From the IMG/VR virus record IMGVR_UViG_3300032213_000694, positions 1 to 64,000 of that record: DNA of 64,000 bases; one strand, given 5' to 3'. The notes under the pieces are model-generated. The model was not told where the DNA came from, ran no database searches, and worked only from the letters and a program-made list of their open reading frames with translations. Numbering within the stretch: position 1 is the stretch's first letter; each line of letters opens with the position of its first letter. The stretch comes from an uncultured virus (IMG/VR IMGVR_UViG_3300032213_000694) (lineage: Duplodnaviria; Heunggongvirae; Uroviricota; Caudoviricetes; Crassvirales). Positions 1 to 10,338 of this stretch are shown in pieces. Position numbers and translations under genes: made by a program.

Positions 1-122
1 TACTTTACAGCATCGCCCTTGGTCTGCTGAATAAGTGTGTTCGCTAATAACTTTCCAGAATTAGCACCTTCTAGTTCTTTACCGTCTAAATCGGTTAGAT
101 TAAAATTAAAGTTTAGTTTCAT
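1..122 (-). CDS. hypothetical protein, 5' part (runs off window start)
   Basis: ATG at 122 after A-rich leader; MKLNFNFNLTDLDGKELEGANSGKLLANTLIQQTKGDAVK..., open to position 1; below ORF-track cutoff. Confidence 0.75.
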   Translation of the reverse strand, partial: MKLNFNFNLTDLDGKELEGANSGKLLANTLIQQTKGDAVK

Positions 123-144
123 ATTTATGTTATTTTTAACAAAT

Positions 145-480
145 TTAAGAAATAGGTTCTTCAGATGCAACTTCTTCTTCTACAATAGGCTCAGGAGGAA
201 CCGGAGGAATATAATCTCCTGTAATAGTCAAGTTTAATTGTCCTGCAATCCAATCCCAAGCATATGAATCTTGTGACCAATCAGCATAAGCCTCCCCTGT
301 CATAGATAAATTACCTTGAGCAACTTGCATTCCTACATTGCCATCTTCAGTTGTAGTAAATAACCCGTACCAAAAAGTAGCGGATGTGTTAAGCGTTACA
401 TTAACTGCATATGAGTTAAGAATAGTTGCCTCTTGTACTGTACCATTGTCCCAAATTGAGACTGCTTCGATAGTTTTCAT
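145..480 (-). CDS. tail-fibre-associated hypothetical protein
   Basis: 111 aa, Trp/Tyr-rich with acidic Pro-rich tail; downstream of tail fibre gene. Confidence 0.6.
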   Translation of the reverse strand: MKTIEAVSIWDNGTVQEATILNSYAVNVTLNTSATFWYGLFTTTEDGNVGMQVAQGNLSMTGEAYADWSQDSYAWDWIAGQLNLTITGDYIPPVPPEPIVEEEVASEEPIS

Positions 481-509
481 TTATATATTTTTTTTAAAAT
501 TACTAAAAA

Positions 510-944
510 TTAAGGACAACCTGTTTGTCCTGATACAATTTGTATTGATCCGTTGTACCCTGCAGGCAACGTAGTTTGATTAATCCCATTATAAGTATAG
601 AACACAGGACTGCCACTAGGCAGAACATATCTCTGCCCTACTCCTAATGTAGGAGCAATCTTTGTCCACGCAGCAGCACCACCTGAACAGTTATTAAGTT
701 GATAATAGGTAGCAGGAGTAGCAACTAAATTACTCTTTACTACCAATTGATTATTACTCTTGCCTGCCAATGGAGATGCTTGTATATCAACGGCTGATAA
801 TGCACCTGTTTTTGTTATCTCTCTATTGCTAGGTATGCCCGGAGGAGGGATTGAACCAATCTGTATGAACACATTATTGTTCACGGCACTTTGTAAGTTT
901 GCCCAAGTAACACATTGGTTATTTGCTAATGCTGCCCAAGACAT
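510..944 (-). CDS. putative virion accessory protein with C-terminal Cys-bounded domain
   Basis: 144 aa; last ~66 aa (YYQLNNC...RYVLPSGSPVFYTY...YNGSIQI...GCP) align with C-terminus of the 1378-aa tail protein. Confidence 0.6.
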   Translation of the reverse strand: MSWAALANNQCVTWANLQSAVNNNVFIQIGSIPPPGIPSNREITKTGALSAVDIQASPLAGKSNNQLVVKSNLVATPATYYQLNNCSGGAAAWTKIAPTLGVGQRYVLPSGSPVFYTYNGINQTTLPAGYNGSIQIVSGQTGCP

Positions 945-945
945 A

Positions 946-3900
946 TTAGTTTAAGTTTAATTGTTGCTCTAGTTCTGCCACACGTTTCTCTAATCTAGCA
1001 ATCTTAGCTGTATGCACTTCACGATAGGAAAGACTCAATAATCCATCTGTTCCAATATTTACCGCACTTGGTAATATGCCCTGTACATCTTGTGCAAAAT
1101 ATCCAAGTTCCTGTTTACCATTCTTAGTGTATAATTTAGCTACTACAGACTCAATACTTTTTGCTTGGTAGTCATCTATGATTAATGTTTTTACTGTAGC
1201 ATCAGATATTTCAAAGAAAGATGAAGCTGTAATTGAACCTGACATATAAGAATCTCCTGTTACCTGAAGTGCATAGTTACCATAACTATTTACATTACGA
1301 ATCCTAAATTGGTTGTCAGATGAAAATAAAAACCCTTGCAATCCGTTATCATTACCAAACTTGGATTGAATATACATTGCTTTAGTAAACAATTGCATTT
1401 GTATGCTATAAAATGATGTTCCTACTGCACCCTGAGCACCACCTTCATTTACGCTGAATACAATTCCATTTCGCATATTTGTGCCAAACGAATATCCATC
1501 ATTCCCATCATCTAATCTACCTGTTAAAACTAAATTGTTACGTCCGTAGATATATGCATTATTAGTAATATAAACTCTATTTGACCCATCAAATCCTGCA
1601 TCTCCATAAAAGAACGCTGAATTACCTGTTCCTGCATTTACATTTAATTGACCACTAACATTTGCACTTCCATTAACATTTAATCTAAATCCATTATCCG
1701 TTGATGTAGCTATTAGTAAATTGCCTGATGAAGCAATCCGCATACGTTCTATTGAAGAGGAGCCATTACTCCTAGAACCAAATGCCATCGCATAAGAAAA
1801 GTTTCCATCAGTTCCGTTATCTTTTAGCGTATCAATAAAACCTGTACCACAAGTAGAACCTGCACTATTGTAAACTCCTCTAAAAACTAAACTACCACCA
1901 CTATTTGCCGCAAATCCTGAGTTATCGGTTATATTAACTACACCATTATCAGTGGAAACAATAGTTTGTTTTGTTCCAAATACTTCAAGTTTAACTCCCG
2001 GAGTTGTAATTCCTATGCCGACGTTTCCACCCGAAGTAATCCGCATACGTTCGGCGTCTCCAACTGCAAAAGCTAATGGATAACCACCACTACTCCAAAT
2101 TAATCTTGTATAATTTCCAAGCCCAAAACCTCCTGCCGTTGAACTATCAATCCCCATATACAATGCCCCACTATCATTTTGAGCTTGTAAAAGAGAAAAA
2201 TTAGTAGTTCCTACAACTCTAACTCTTGCTAATGATGCTCCTGTATTATAAACATCTAATGCATATAAAGGATTAGTCGTTCCGATGCCGACGTTGCCTC
2301 CTGTGGTAATAGTCATTCTCCTTGTAACAGTACCTACTCCACCTGTATCAAATCCTAATCCCATTGGAGCACCATCCCAAGCCGTTCTTTCGCCTGTTAT
2401 TCTCGCACCTAATCTATCAACTTCATCAGTAAAATTTATGTTTGCTAACCAACTAGCAGTGCTACTAATTATATGATTTTTGTATAAACGAATATCGCCT
2501 TCGTAAATTGTTAATCTACTAGCAGGCGAAGTCGTTCCGATACCAACTCTTTGACTTTGATTGTTTACTGTAAAATTTGGTTGCCTTGTACCACCTTCTA
2601 ACCAACCACCAATTGTAACTAAACCATTTACGTAATCAGTACCCGGCGAACCTAAAAATAATTCTGCCGACTCCATATAAAGTCCCCACCTTCCAACACC
2701 TGTTTTATTCCCACCTGTGAATGGATCCCAACCTCTTGTAATTAATGGTCTATCTGCACCTCTAAGCATTACACCATTACCTGTTGTTTGGCTATCATTG
2801 ACAAAAACATCGCCTGCTACTTGTAATTTTCTAGCTCCTCCAGTGTCAACTGTTGTTCCAATTAATACATTACCGCCATTAGGAGCAATAGTTGTGTTCT
2901 TATAAGAACTTGTTCCATAATCATAAGATTCTATTCTGCCACCATAACTTTCATATGACATAAAAACTCCTGCGCCACTATAACCATTTAAAGTTCCTTT
3001 TGCTACAAAATTATTGCCTGCTTGAACACTATTAATAAATGTAGCAGAATTAGATGTGTTAAACCCTAATACAGTTGTTCCATTATTTCTTAAAGTAAAT
3101 GTTGATGTTGCAGCAGCACTTGTGTTGTATGTCAAATATCCATCTTGTGTATATCTGTAATCGGTAGAAACTAAACTACTATTAAACACACCTGAACCTG
3201 CTGCACCATTTAAAGTAATATTTACAGCATTATCGGCAGCATTATAAATATCTAATCTTGGTGCTTGCGTATTACTTCCATTTGCACGTAACGCAATTAC
3301 AGGAATTGAACCATCTGTATTTTTTAGATTCAAATTATTTGAACTCCAACGTATTGATGGATTATCTCTAAATTGTAAATTAACGCCTGCTTGTAACACT
3401 AAAGCACCTGCTGTAAATCTATATTTTTCAGCACCTGTTGCAAAAATTCCTAATCCATTTGATGGAGAAGAACTTGAACGAATATTACCAATCGACCACG
3501 GTTCATCATACCAATTGAAGTTCAATAACTTTACAGGTTGGTCTGTTGTAAATGTTGGTTGTGTAATTGTAATTGAATTTGCCTCAGTAGCTGCAGCTAA
3601 AGTTGATGTTGCTCTACCTAAAACAACAGTAGTACCGTCATCAGTTACTGCACTATTACCAATTGTGCTTGCACCTGTAAATCTAGGTAATGTGTTTGTT
3701 GTACCTGAACCTGTAATCCCGCCCGCAGGCCCTGTTGAAACGGAGCCATCAGCCATTAAGAACTGAGATGCTGTGCCACCTGACTTGATAAATTTATTAG
3801 CAGTAATGTCTCCACTAAATGAGGCTGAACCATCTGAGTTTAGAGTTATTCCTCCAACCAATGATGTTGGTTCACATTTAAAAGCAAATCCATCTGCCTT

Positions 3901-6054
3901 AACATATATACCGTTACTACCTGCATCTGTATTAATAAAACTAGCAACAGCATTATCTACAGCAGCACCTGACACAGTAATAGCATTGCTAACTTCTGTA
4001 ATAATACTATTCCCTAATGTATTAGTACCAGTAGCTTTAGGTATTCTATTAGTTGTAAGCGTACCTGTAATCTGACCAACAGGAGTTGTTCCTGATGATC
4101 CTGAGGTACCGTTGACACCTGAAGTACCTGAGGTTCCATTGATTCCTGACGTACCGTTCACTCCTGATGTTCCATTGATACCTGATGTACCTGATACGCC
4201 ACTCGTGCCACTTGCTCCTGAGCTACCGCTTGTGCCGCTTTCTCCACTTGTACCACTGCTACCGCTAACACCGCTTGTACCATCTACTCCTGACGTGCCA
4301 CTCACTCCTGAAGTGCCGCTTACTCCGCTTGTACCGTCAGCTCCTGAGGTGCCACTAGTTCCTGATTCTCCGCTAGTACCCGAAGAACCTGTAAGTCCTG
4401 ACGAACCACTAGTACCGTTAACACCTGATGTACCTGATGTACCAGAGCTAGATGATATAATACCTACTGAAGTAATAACAAATGAGTAGTAAGAAGTACC
4501 TTCTGTTACCCAATTTAAAATATGTGTTGTGCTATCATTATTACTAGCATACAACTTAACAATCATCCTATTTGTAGGGTCAATTGTTGTTGTAGGTAAT
4601 GTTAAATCACAAACAACCTCTACGGGAGTTGTATTATCTACCCATCCAATCTCAGAAGCACCTGTTGCTAATATAGGGCCAAAACCAACCCCTGCTGAGT
4701 CAGCTAACTGAATTGTAGCATACGCTTGAATTTGGTCGTTACTAGCAGGCTTTAAGTAATGGAAATAAAATCTTTGTACTCCTCCTGGTATTACAGCAAA
4801 TTCTAATTGTGGAGTTATAAAACTCGACACTAAAACATTTTGCTGATTATTTGTTAGTGTTCTAGTTACTGTTTGTTGAGCAACACCTGATGGCTCTATA
4901 GATAAAACTCTATATGGAGAAACATCTGAAGCCTCACTTTGATTAAAATAATAAACTTGACCTGATGCAATACCATTCACACCTGATGTACCTGCACTAC
5001 CGTTAGTACCTGATGTACCTGATGAGCCTGTTAATCCTGATGAACCCGACGAACCCGATGATCCTGATGTGCCTGTAGTACCCGAAGTACCCGACTCACC
5101 TGAAGAACCACTAGAACCGCTAGTCCCATCAATACCTGATGTACCGTTTACTCCTGAAGTACCATCAATACCTGATGACCCACTAGAACCTGAAGTTCCA
5201 CTAGTTCCACCAGTACCATCTGTACCTGATGTACCACCTGTACCGTCTGTACCTGATGTACCACTAGTACCATCAAATCCATCAATACCTGATGTACCCG
5301 ATGTACCGTTTATTCCTGAGGTACCAGCTGAACCATTAGTACCACTTGAGCCTGATGTGCCTGTAGTCCCTGATGTTCCACTGGTTCCATCTGTACCACT
5401 TGAGCCTGATGTTCCTGTTGTACCGCTTGTACCTGAGGTACCTGTTGTACCTGACGTACCGCCCGTCCCGTTTGTACCGGATGAGCCGCTAGTACCTGTG
5501 GTGCCTGATGTACCACTAGTTCCTGTAGTACCTGACGTACCACTTACGCCTGAGAACAATCCAAATGTAACAGACTCATCTTCTTCGATGATACCTGAGT
5601 TACCTTGAATAAATGTTAAGTTTAAAAAATAATAATCGCCAGTTTGAACAACAGCCGTTACTCTATACAAGCCGTATTCACTAGGGAATCCAGGGCGATT
5701 AATTAAGATAATTTTATTCAACCAAACCTCTTCGATATATACGCCTGGCTCTGTATTGGCAAGAGTTAAGAAAGATACTTTAATAGTACCAGCAAGAGCT
5801 ATTACATCTACTGTATCATATGGATGGTTAACTAGCTGAAATGTTTTAGCAGGTTGGGTTTCATTTGGAGCATACATCTTGTATGTCCAGTTAAAACTGC
5901 CTGTATCAATAATACCAACTCGATTGAAATAATCGGCTACCGCATCTGCTGTAAAGTTTTTAGTTAATTTATCAGGAGTCTGCCAATCTGAACCAATCCA
6001 TCTGTCTTGACCGGTTACAAACGTATCCCTACTATAGGTTGATATTCTTGCCAT
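946..6054 (-). CDS. tail fibre protein with collagen-like G-X-Y tracts and C-terminal intramolecular chaperone (peptidase S74-like)
   Basis: 1702 aa; (GTS/GSS)n tracts, repeated ERMRITSGGNVGIG shaft motifs, C-terminal SD..VK..I...GYFAQDV...LP..V...Y plus coiled coil. Confidence 0.9.
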   Translation of the reverse strand: MARISTYSRDTFVTGQDRWIGSDWQTPDKLTKNFTADAVADYFNRVGIIDTGSFNWTYKMYAPNETQPAKTFQLVNHPYDTVDVIALAGTIKVSFLTLANTEPGVYIEEVWLNKIILINRPGFPSEYGLYRVTAVVQTGDYYFLNLTFIQGNSGIIEEDESVTFGLFSGVSGTSGTTGTSGTSGTTGTSGSSGTNGTGGTSGTTGTSGTSGTTGTSGSSGTDGTSGTSGTTGTSGSSGTNGSAGTSGINGTSGTSGIDGFDGTSGTSGTDGTGGTSGTDGTGGTSGTSGSSGSSGIDGTSGVNGTSGIDGTSGSSGSSGESGTSGTTGTSGSSGSSGSSGLTGSSGTSGTNGSAGTSGVNGIASGQVYYFNQSEASDVSPYRVLSIEPSGVAQQTVTRTLTNNQQNVLVSSFITPQLEFAVIPGGVQRFYFHYLKPASNDQIQAYATIQLADSAGVGFGPILATGASEIGWVDNTTPVEVVCDLTLPTTTIDPTNRMIVKLYASNNDSTTHILNWVTEGTSYYSFVITSVGIISSSSGTSGTSGVNGTSGSSGLTGSSGTSGESGTSGTSGADGTSGVSGTSGVSGTSGVDGTSGVSGSSGTSGESGTSGSSGASGTSGVSGTSGINGTSGVNGTSGINGTSGTSGVNGTSGSSGTTPVGQITGTLTTNRIPKATGTNTLGNSIITEVSNAITVSGAAVDNAVASFINTDAGSNGIYVKADGFAFKCEPTSLVGGITLNSDGSASFSGDITANKFIKSGGTASQFLMADGSVSTGPAGGITGSGTTNTLPRFTGASTIGNSAVTDDGTTVVLGRATSTLAAATEANSITITQPTFTTDQPVKLLNFNWYDEPWSIGNIRSSSSPSNGLGIFATGAEKYRFTAGALVLQAGVNLQFRDNPSIRWSSNNLNLKNTDGSIPVIALRANGSNTQAPRLDIYNAADNAVNITLNGAAGSGVFNSSLVSTDYRYTQDGYLTYNTSAAATSTFTLRNNGTTVLGFNTSNSATFINSVQAGNNFVAKGTLNGYSGAGVFMSYESYGGRIESYDYGTSSYKNTTIAPNGGNVLIGTTVDTGGARKLQVAGDVFVNDSQTTGNGVMLRGADRPLITRGWDPFTGGNKTGVGRWGLYMESAELFLGSPGTDYVNGLVTIGGWLEGGTRQPNFTVNNQSQRVGIGTTSPASRLTIYEGDIRLYKNHIISSTASWLANINFTDEVDRLGARITGERTAWDGAPMGLGFDTGGVGTVTRRMTITTGGNVGIGTTNPLYALDVYNTGASLARVRVVGTTNFSLLQAQNDSGALYMGIDSSTAGGFGLGNYTRLIWSSGGYPLAFAVGDAERMRITSGGNVGIGITTPGVKLEVFGTKQTIVSTDNGVVNITDNSGFAANSGGSLVFRGVYNSAGSTCGTGFIDTLKDNGTDGNFSYAMAFGSRSNGSSSIERMRIASSGNLLIATSTDNGFRLNVNGSANVSGQLNVNAGTGNSAFFYGDAGFDGSNRVYITNNAYIYGRNNLVLTGRLDDGNDGYSFGTNMRNGIVFSVNEGGAQGAVGTSFYSIQMQLFTKAMYIQSKFGNDNGLQGFLFSSDNQFRIRNVNSYGNYALQVTGDSYMSGSITASSFFEISDATVKTLIIDDYQAKSIESVVAKLYTKNGKQELGYFAQDVQGILPSAVNIGTDGLLSLSYREVHTAKIARLEKRVAELEQQLNLN
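4091..4450 (-). repeat. 9-bp-period G-T-S/G-S-S coding repeat tract 2 of tail fibre (approximate bounds)
   Basis: Gly at every third residue, e.g. SGTSGVNGTSGSSG. Confidence 0.9.
4975..5552 (-). repeat. 9-bp-period G-T-S/G-S-S coding repeat tract 1 of tail fibre (approximate bounds)
   Basis: ~190 aa with Gly at every third residue and no Pro. Confidence 0.9.
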
Positions 6055-6080
6055 TGAGAAATTCTTTGCTTATTATCTAG

Positions 6081-6088
6081 CAAAAATA
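6081..6088 (-). promoter_or_regulatory. Bacteroidota -7 promoter box for tail fibre gene
   Basis: TATTTTTG matches TAnnTTTG, 26 nt upstream of ATG. Confidence 0.6.
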
Positions 6089-6099
6089 CGAAAAAGAAC

Positions 6100-7233
6100 T
6101 TATAAATTAATTTTAGTGCCTATCATGCCAAGGTATGACTGAGGAACCATAGGATTGGTATTAATGCCTGTCTTCAATGCAAAATTAAATTTAAAGCGTT
6201 TGCTTAGTGCAATATCAAACGAGGCTCCTGTCAAAAATCCAATATCATTACTTGTCACAAATACTTTTTGTTTGGTTAGGTATCCTGTTGACGATCCTGA
6301 TACGTATATATCAGGGCTAATTGACACGTATCGATTTATCTTGATTGGAACGGTGTAGAATAGCATAATATTATTAGACACGTTCAACTCTTCTCCCGCA
6401 CCCGCAAGTGATAATGTATAGTTGGCTCCTGTGGTGCCATACTTGCCCATAGGGACGATGTAAGCAGCCGTTCCGAAGCCTAACACATTTCCTGCTAAAT
6501 AAACGCCTGTAACGCCAAAGTTTGAGATGGACTCTAACTTACCACCATTAAAATTCATCATGGTGTAGCGTCCACCTAATGCAAATTGGTCGAAGGTTGA
6601 CCATATCATAGAGTTAATGCCCCACGATGAATTACCCATCAAGGAGGCTTGGCTCATGCCAACACTAGCAATAATAGATACTATTTCACTAGTCGGAGCG
6701 ACCGTAAAATCCGATGAATAAATAATTGGATTCGACGAAGAAGACTTTGCTTTACTTTCGCTCTTTTTCTCGGACTTGCTTTCTGACTTTTGCTCTTCAC
6801 TTTTAGATTCTGTTTTGGTTTCTACTGCTGTTTCTGATTTACTCTCAGCTACAGGAGCTGGAGTTGATGTAGCTGCTGAAGTAGCTGCCGATGTAGCAGC
6901 ACTAGTTGCCGCTGATGTTGCTGCACTTGTGGCTGTTGCTACTGCTTGAGATACTGCGTTGGCTACCGTCTGTTGTACAGCAAGAGTTGCTTGTGGACAA
7001 GGGAAGTTAACCGTTAACTCATTTATCCACGCTTGGAGTGCTCCACTTGTAATATCGTTTGCCGTCACTACCCTGTATTGTCCTCGGTAGACCACGGTAG
7101 TTCTGCCGCCCGCTAATGGTACTACTACAGTTGTTACCCTGCCACTGCACGGATCTACGAACACCTGCGTAAGTGTTTGTCCGTACGTAGTCGTGGCTAA
7201 GATAAGTATGGCTATAGTAACTAACCATTTCAT
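6100..7233 (-). CDS. secreted protein with AATS repeats and probable C-terminal outer-membrane beta-barrel
   Basis: Signal peptide, AATS repeat and K/S/E linker, then alternating hydrophobic beta-strands ending GTKINL. Confidence 0.55.
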   Translation of the reverse strand: MKWLVTIAILILATTTYGQTLTQVFVDPCSGRVTTVVVPLAGGRTTVVYRGQYRVVTANDITSGALQAWINELTVNFPCPQATLAVQQTVANAVSQAVATATSAATSAATSAATSAATSAATSTPAPVAESKSETAVETKTESKSEEQKSESKSEKKSESKAKSSSSNPIIYSSDFTVAPTSEIVSIIASVGMSQASLMGNSSWGINSMIWSTFDQFALGGRYTMMNFNGGKLESISNFGVTGVYLAGNVLGFGTAAYIVPMGKYGTTGANYTLSLAGAGEELNVSNNIMLFYTVPIKINRYVSISPDIYVSGSSTGYLTKQKVFVTSNDIGFLTGASFDIALSKRFKFNFALKTGINTNPMVPQSYLGMIGTKINL

Positions 7234-7937
7234 TTAAAGATTTTCTTCTTAATCATTCTGACAATAATTTTACTTGTGGCATTCTCCAACGCTTTCTTTG
7301 TTGTTGTGCCTATTGTAGATTGATTAAATTTAATTTCTGCAAAGTTCCCATCGTTCATCAATGTTGCCTCACGTGTAGTCTTTGCCTCGCCTAATCCTGA
7401 GCCTGTAAAGTATTCGCCTGTCTCTGCGTTCACAAACTTAACTTGTAAACCCATTCTTGTTACCACAGTTTGCTTGGCTCCATCTTTTAAACTAATAGAT
7501 TCGTCTTCACTAACCGAGAAGTCGTAGCATTCAATGTATACAAAGTACTGAGCAAGTTTAATCTTGCCACGTCCGTCTAGTTTGTTCTCTGATATGCCTG
7601 CTTGACTAGCCTGAAACTGCTTGACCATTCGGTTCTTAATCTCCGCTTTGTCTTCTGTGAACGTAAAGCGATTAGTCTCTTCCAAGAACTCAACCACGAT
7701 ATTAGTTACGCCTAGACCCACCCGCTTGTCTTTTAACTCAGGGTATGCCGCATACACATCCTCATTAATGCCAACTGACAATAATTGGATGGAAACCTTT
7801 GGACCATCATAGTCCATCAACGAATCGATGTTAATCTTCTTCTCAAAACTAGCCTGATAAGCCTCCGTTTTGGTCGTTGCAATCTGCCCAAAGGACGCAA
7901 ACGATAAGAGCAATAAGCAAATATTCCATTTTACCAT
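7230..7937 (-). CDS. CsgG/HfaB-like (curli assembly/transport fold) protein
   Basis: Signal peptide; GLGVTNIVVEFLEETNRF...AQYFV...YDFS...GLQVKFVNAETGE....SG.G pattern. Confidence 0.7.
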   Translation of the reverse strand: MVKWNICLLLLSFASFGQIATTKTEAYQASFEKKINIDSLMDYDGPKVSIQLLSVGINEDVYAAYPELKDKRVGLGVTNIVVEFLEETNRFTFTEDKAEIKNRMVKQFQASQAGISENKLDGRGKIKLAQYFVYIECYDFSVSEDESISLKDGAKQTVVTRMGLQVKFVNAETGEYFTGSGLGEAKTTREATLMNDGNFAEIKFNQSTIGTTTKKALENATSKIIVRMIKKKIFK

Positions 7938-8233
7938 TTTGGTTCTTCAGCTAACGCTTCTTTTTCAGTCTTCTTTTTAGGAGCTGCAGGTTTTTCTACA
8001 ACACGTTCAACAATCTTTGTGCCGCCAGCTGAAGCAACTTGCTTTTGTTGTTGGGTATTATTGGTTGTGATATTAATCACAGGTGCAGGTGCTGACACAG
8101 CAGCAGGCTGTGCTGCCTCCTCTTCTCCTGTCAATTGTTTTGTTACATAACCACCTACACCTAGTGCGATAGTACTTGCTAATCCGATAAGGATGCTCTT
8201 CAATGAGCCTCCGCCTTCTTGTTCTTCTGCCAT
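7931..8233 (-). CDS. single-pass membrane protein
   Basis: One hydrophobic helix (ILIGLASTIALGVGGYV) followed by low-complexity tail. Confidence 0.65.
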   Translation of the reverse strand: MAEEQEGGGSLKSILIGLASTIALGVGGYVTKQLTGEEEAAQPAAVSAPAPVINITTNNTQQQKQVASAGGTKIVERVVEKPAAPKKKTEKEALAEEPKW

Positions 8234-8234
8234 T

Positions 8235-8597
8235 TTATAAATAGTTATTGTGGTTAATTGGTCTTTTTATTTCTTCTCCTGAGATGTTAATCACTTTTAG
8301 GTCATACATCCCGTGTTTTAATGTATCTAAACTAATCTTTTTAAAGCTAATAGGACTATCTGCAGTAAAGCCTAACTTTCTTACAGGCTCTTTGCCACCA
8401 AAAGTATATATTGCTAATGCATACTTTGCTCCTGGTGTTGTAGCTAATGTAACCTCAAGTGCATTATTCTTTACAACAGCTGAGTTAACAGCCATGACTT
8501 TTGACTCAGCACCTAGATTAATAGGTTCTTGAATCACGTCAATTTCCTGACACGAAATTACAAATAACAAAAATAAGAATATGATAAATCTTTGCAT
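8235..8597 (-). CDS. lipoprotein with small Ig-like (T9SS-CTD/FlgD-like) domain
   Basis: Lipobox VISC; C-terminal LDTLKHGMYDLKV resembles the L..G.Y.(L/V) motif. Confidence 0.55.
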   Translation of the reverse strand: MQRFIIFLFLLFVISCQEIDVIQEPINLGAESKVMAVNSAVVKNNALEVTLATTPGAKYALAIYTFGGKEPVRKLGFTADSPISFKKISLDTLKHGMYDLKVINISGEEIKRPINHNNYL

Positions 8598-8598
8598 C

Positions 8599-10338
8599 TT
8601 AGAAGTTGTTATAACCCGTCAACTTGATCGAGTCGGTTGATAAATTAATACCTAATTGATAGCCAGTCTTAGAGCTCGCATCCATATTAGGTGTTACTTT
8701 AATGTAGGTATTGATATCCAAAGGATTACCTATTGAACTAAAGCGTAATTTGAACGGAGTTAATTCACCTGAGATAGGAGTTTTTAATTCTCTGTCCAAT
8801 GAACCAAATCTAACCTTACCTTCTTGGTTATCTACAAATGTGTACCATGTGTTAGGTACCTCATTAATAAGTTGCTCAAACTTAACCTTAGTTGGGTCAT
8901 AAACAAACTCAAACTGCAACGCTGATACTTGTTTCGTATTAGTGTTAATTTTAACAGGAATGTCAATCGTACTAGAAGTAATGGTCACGTTCTTTAAACT
9001 CACATCAATCCCATCAGGCGTGGTTATTAATAATCTTGCTGTTTGAGACACATCAAAGTTCTTCTTTAAACTAGGTATAGCGTTGGTTGCAATCGCATTA
9101 TTAATCACCACCTGCGAGCTATGACTTCGGTTGATGTCGCCAGGTATTACATAGCGTAATTTTAATGGTAGATTCTGCCCAATTGTTGAGGTCTTAAAGC
9201 GAACATAGTTCTTAGTAAAGTTCTTCCAAGAAGATGCGGAGGCTGCATTAAACTCTGCCTCGGTGAATGTTGGTGCACTCATGTACATATCTGTGCCTGC
9301 TGCATAACCTGTAGGCAAAGTGACTAAATTATCTACGCCCGATACCTGAGAGAACAATCTAACTAAGTCTCCTGCATCAAATACTTTATTAAAGTTTACA
9401 TCAGCTGCATAATAGCCCATGCCTGTGATGATGGACTGATTCTTAAACGTTCCGTCTAAATTCTGTGAAATAAACTCAGCTTGTGCTGTAGTGTAATCTG
9501 AAACTGTTACAGCCGCAGAAGATAAGTCCTTAATCGTGTCCATGTTGAACATAACCCTAACGTGATAGACAGTATTAGCCGCAAATCTAGTTTGATCAAC
9601 AGGGATGGTGCCATCTGACAAAGCATCTACGGTGTATGTTTGATTAGTCACCGAGTCTGTAAATGCCACTCTGTGCAATGACATAGGAGTCACATTAGCG
9701 TTCGCATCAATAGAGGCCGTTAAGTATTTGCTCGCTGTTGGGTCAAGCATAATAACACTCGTTAATGGGGTAGTCATTACTGTTGATCCGTTGCTGCCAT
9801 TTTGATTGAACGCTGCAGCAAAGTTCATTTTAATCGGGTCCCATGCAAAACCTGGTGCATCAGTCTTTAATCTATACTTTAAGTTTAACAACCTGCCCTT
9901 ACCTAGGCCACCACTATTAACTGACCAGTTTAAGTAGACACGCATAATTGTTTTTGGACCACCTTGAGTAAAGGTGTAAGATGAATTATAATAACGCACA
10001 TTACCATCTGCTACATTATTAGCCGAGGTTGATTGCCAAGCATAGCCAGGGTATAGATAATAACTCATTGTTGACTGCGAGTTAGCAGGCAATATGGTAT
10101 TTGAGTTTGTTACATTGATTAACTGTAGTGCATTGTTAGGATACTCAAAATCAAAATACAAAGCACGAGTGGTTAGGTTGCCACTACCATCTGCGTGTAC
10201 TTCTACATCTAATGTGTCACCTTTGTTTATGACATTACCCTTAGTATTTAGATTATTAGTGTCATTAGGGAAGTAAAGTTTAACAGTCTGTGCGGAGGCA
10301 CTTACCGATAACAATAACAAGAAAATTAGGTGTTTCAT
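8599..10338 (-). CDS. secreted cohesin- and dockerin-like domain protein
   Basis: Signal peptide; cohesin-like GDTLDVEV...FDFEYPNNALQL and IDIPVKI...SALQFEFVYDPTKVKF; dockerin-like AADVNFNKVFDAGD and GDIN. Confidence 0.65.
   Translation of the reverse strand: MKHLIFLLLLSVSASAQTVKLYFPNDTNNLNTKGNVINKGDTLDVEVHADGSGNLTTRALYFDFEYPNNALQLINVTNSNTILPANSQSTMSYYLYPGYAWQSTSANNVADGNVRYYNSSYTFTQGGPKTIMRVYLNWSVNSGGLGKGRLLNLKYRLKTDAPGFAWDPIKMNFAAAFNQNGSNGSTVMTTPLTSVIMLDPTASKYLTASIDANANVTPMSLHRVAFTDSVTNQTYTVDALSDGTIPVDQTRFAANTVYHVRVMFNMDTIKDLSSAAVTVSDYTTAQAEFISQNLDGTFKNQSIITGMGYYAADVNFNKVFDAGDLVRLFSQVSGVDNLVTLPTGYAAGTDMYMSAPTFTEAEFNAASASSWKNFTKNYVRFKTSTIGQNLPLKLRYVIPGDINRSHSSQVVINNAIATNAIPSLKKNFDVSQTARLLITTPDGIDVSLKNVTITSSTIDIPVKINTNTKQVSALQFEFVYDPTKVKFEQLINEVPNTWYTFVDNQEGKVRFGSLDRELKTPISGELTPFKLRFSSIGNPLDINTYIKVTPNMDASSKTGYQLGINLSTDSIKLTGYNNF

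Noticed and set aside
510..712. Repeat pair with 49127-49335 as a possible diversity-generating retroelement TR/VR
   Set aside because: No reverse transcriptase in the window; differences include indels and are not adenine-specific; both copies are coding
4112..5608. Pro/Val-rich + strand ORFs (4112..4489, 5069..5608) and alternative-frame ORF 5310..5543
   Set aside because: Shadows of the GTS repeat tracts of the tail fibre gene
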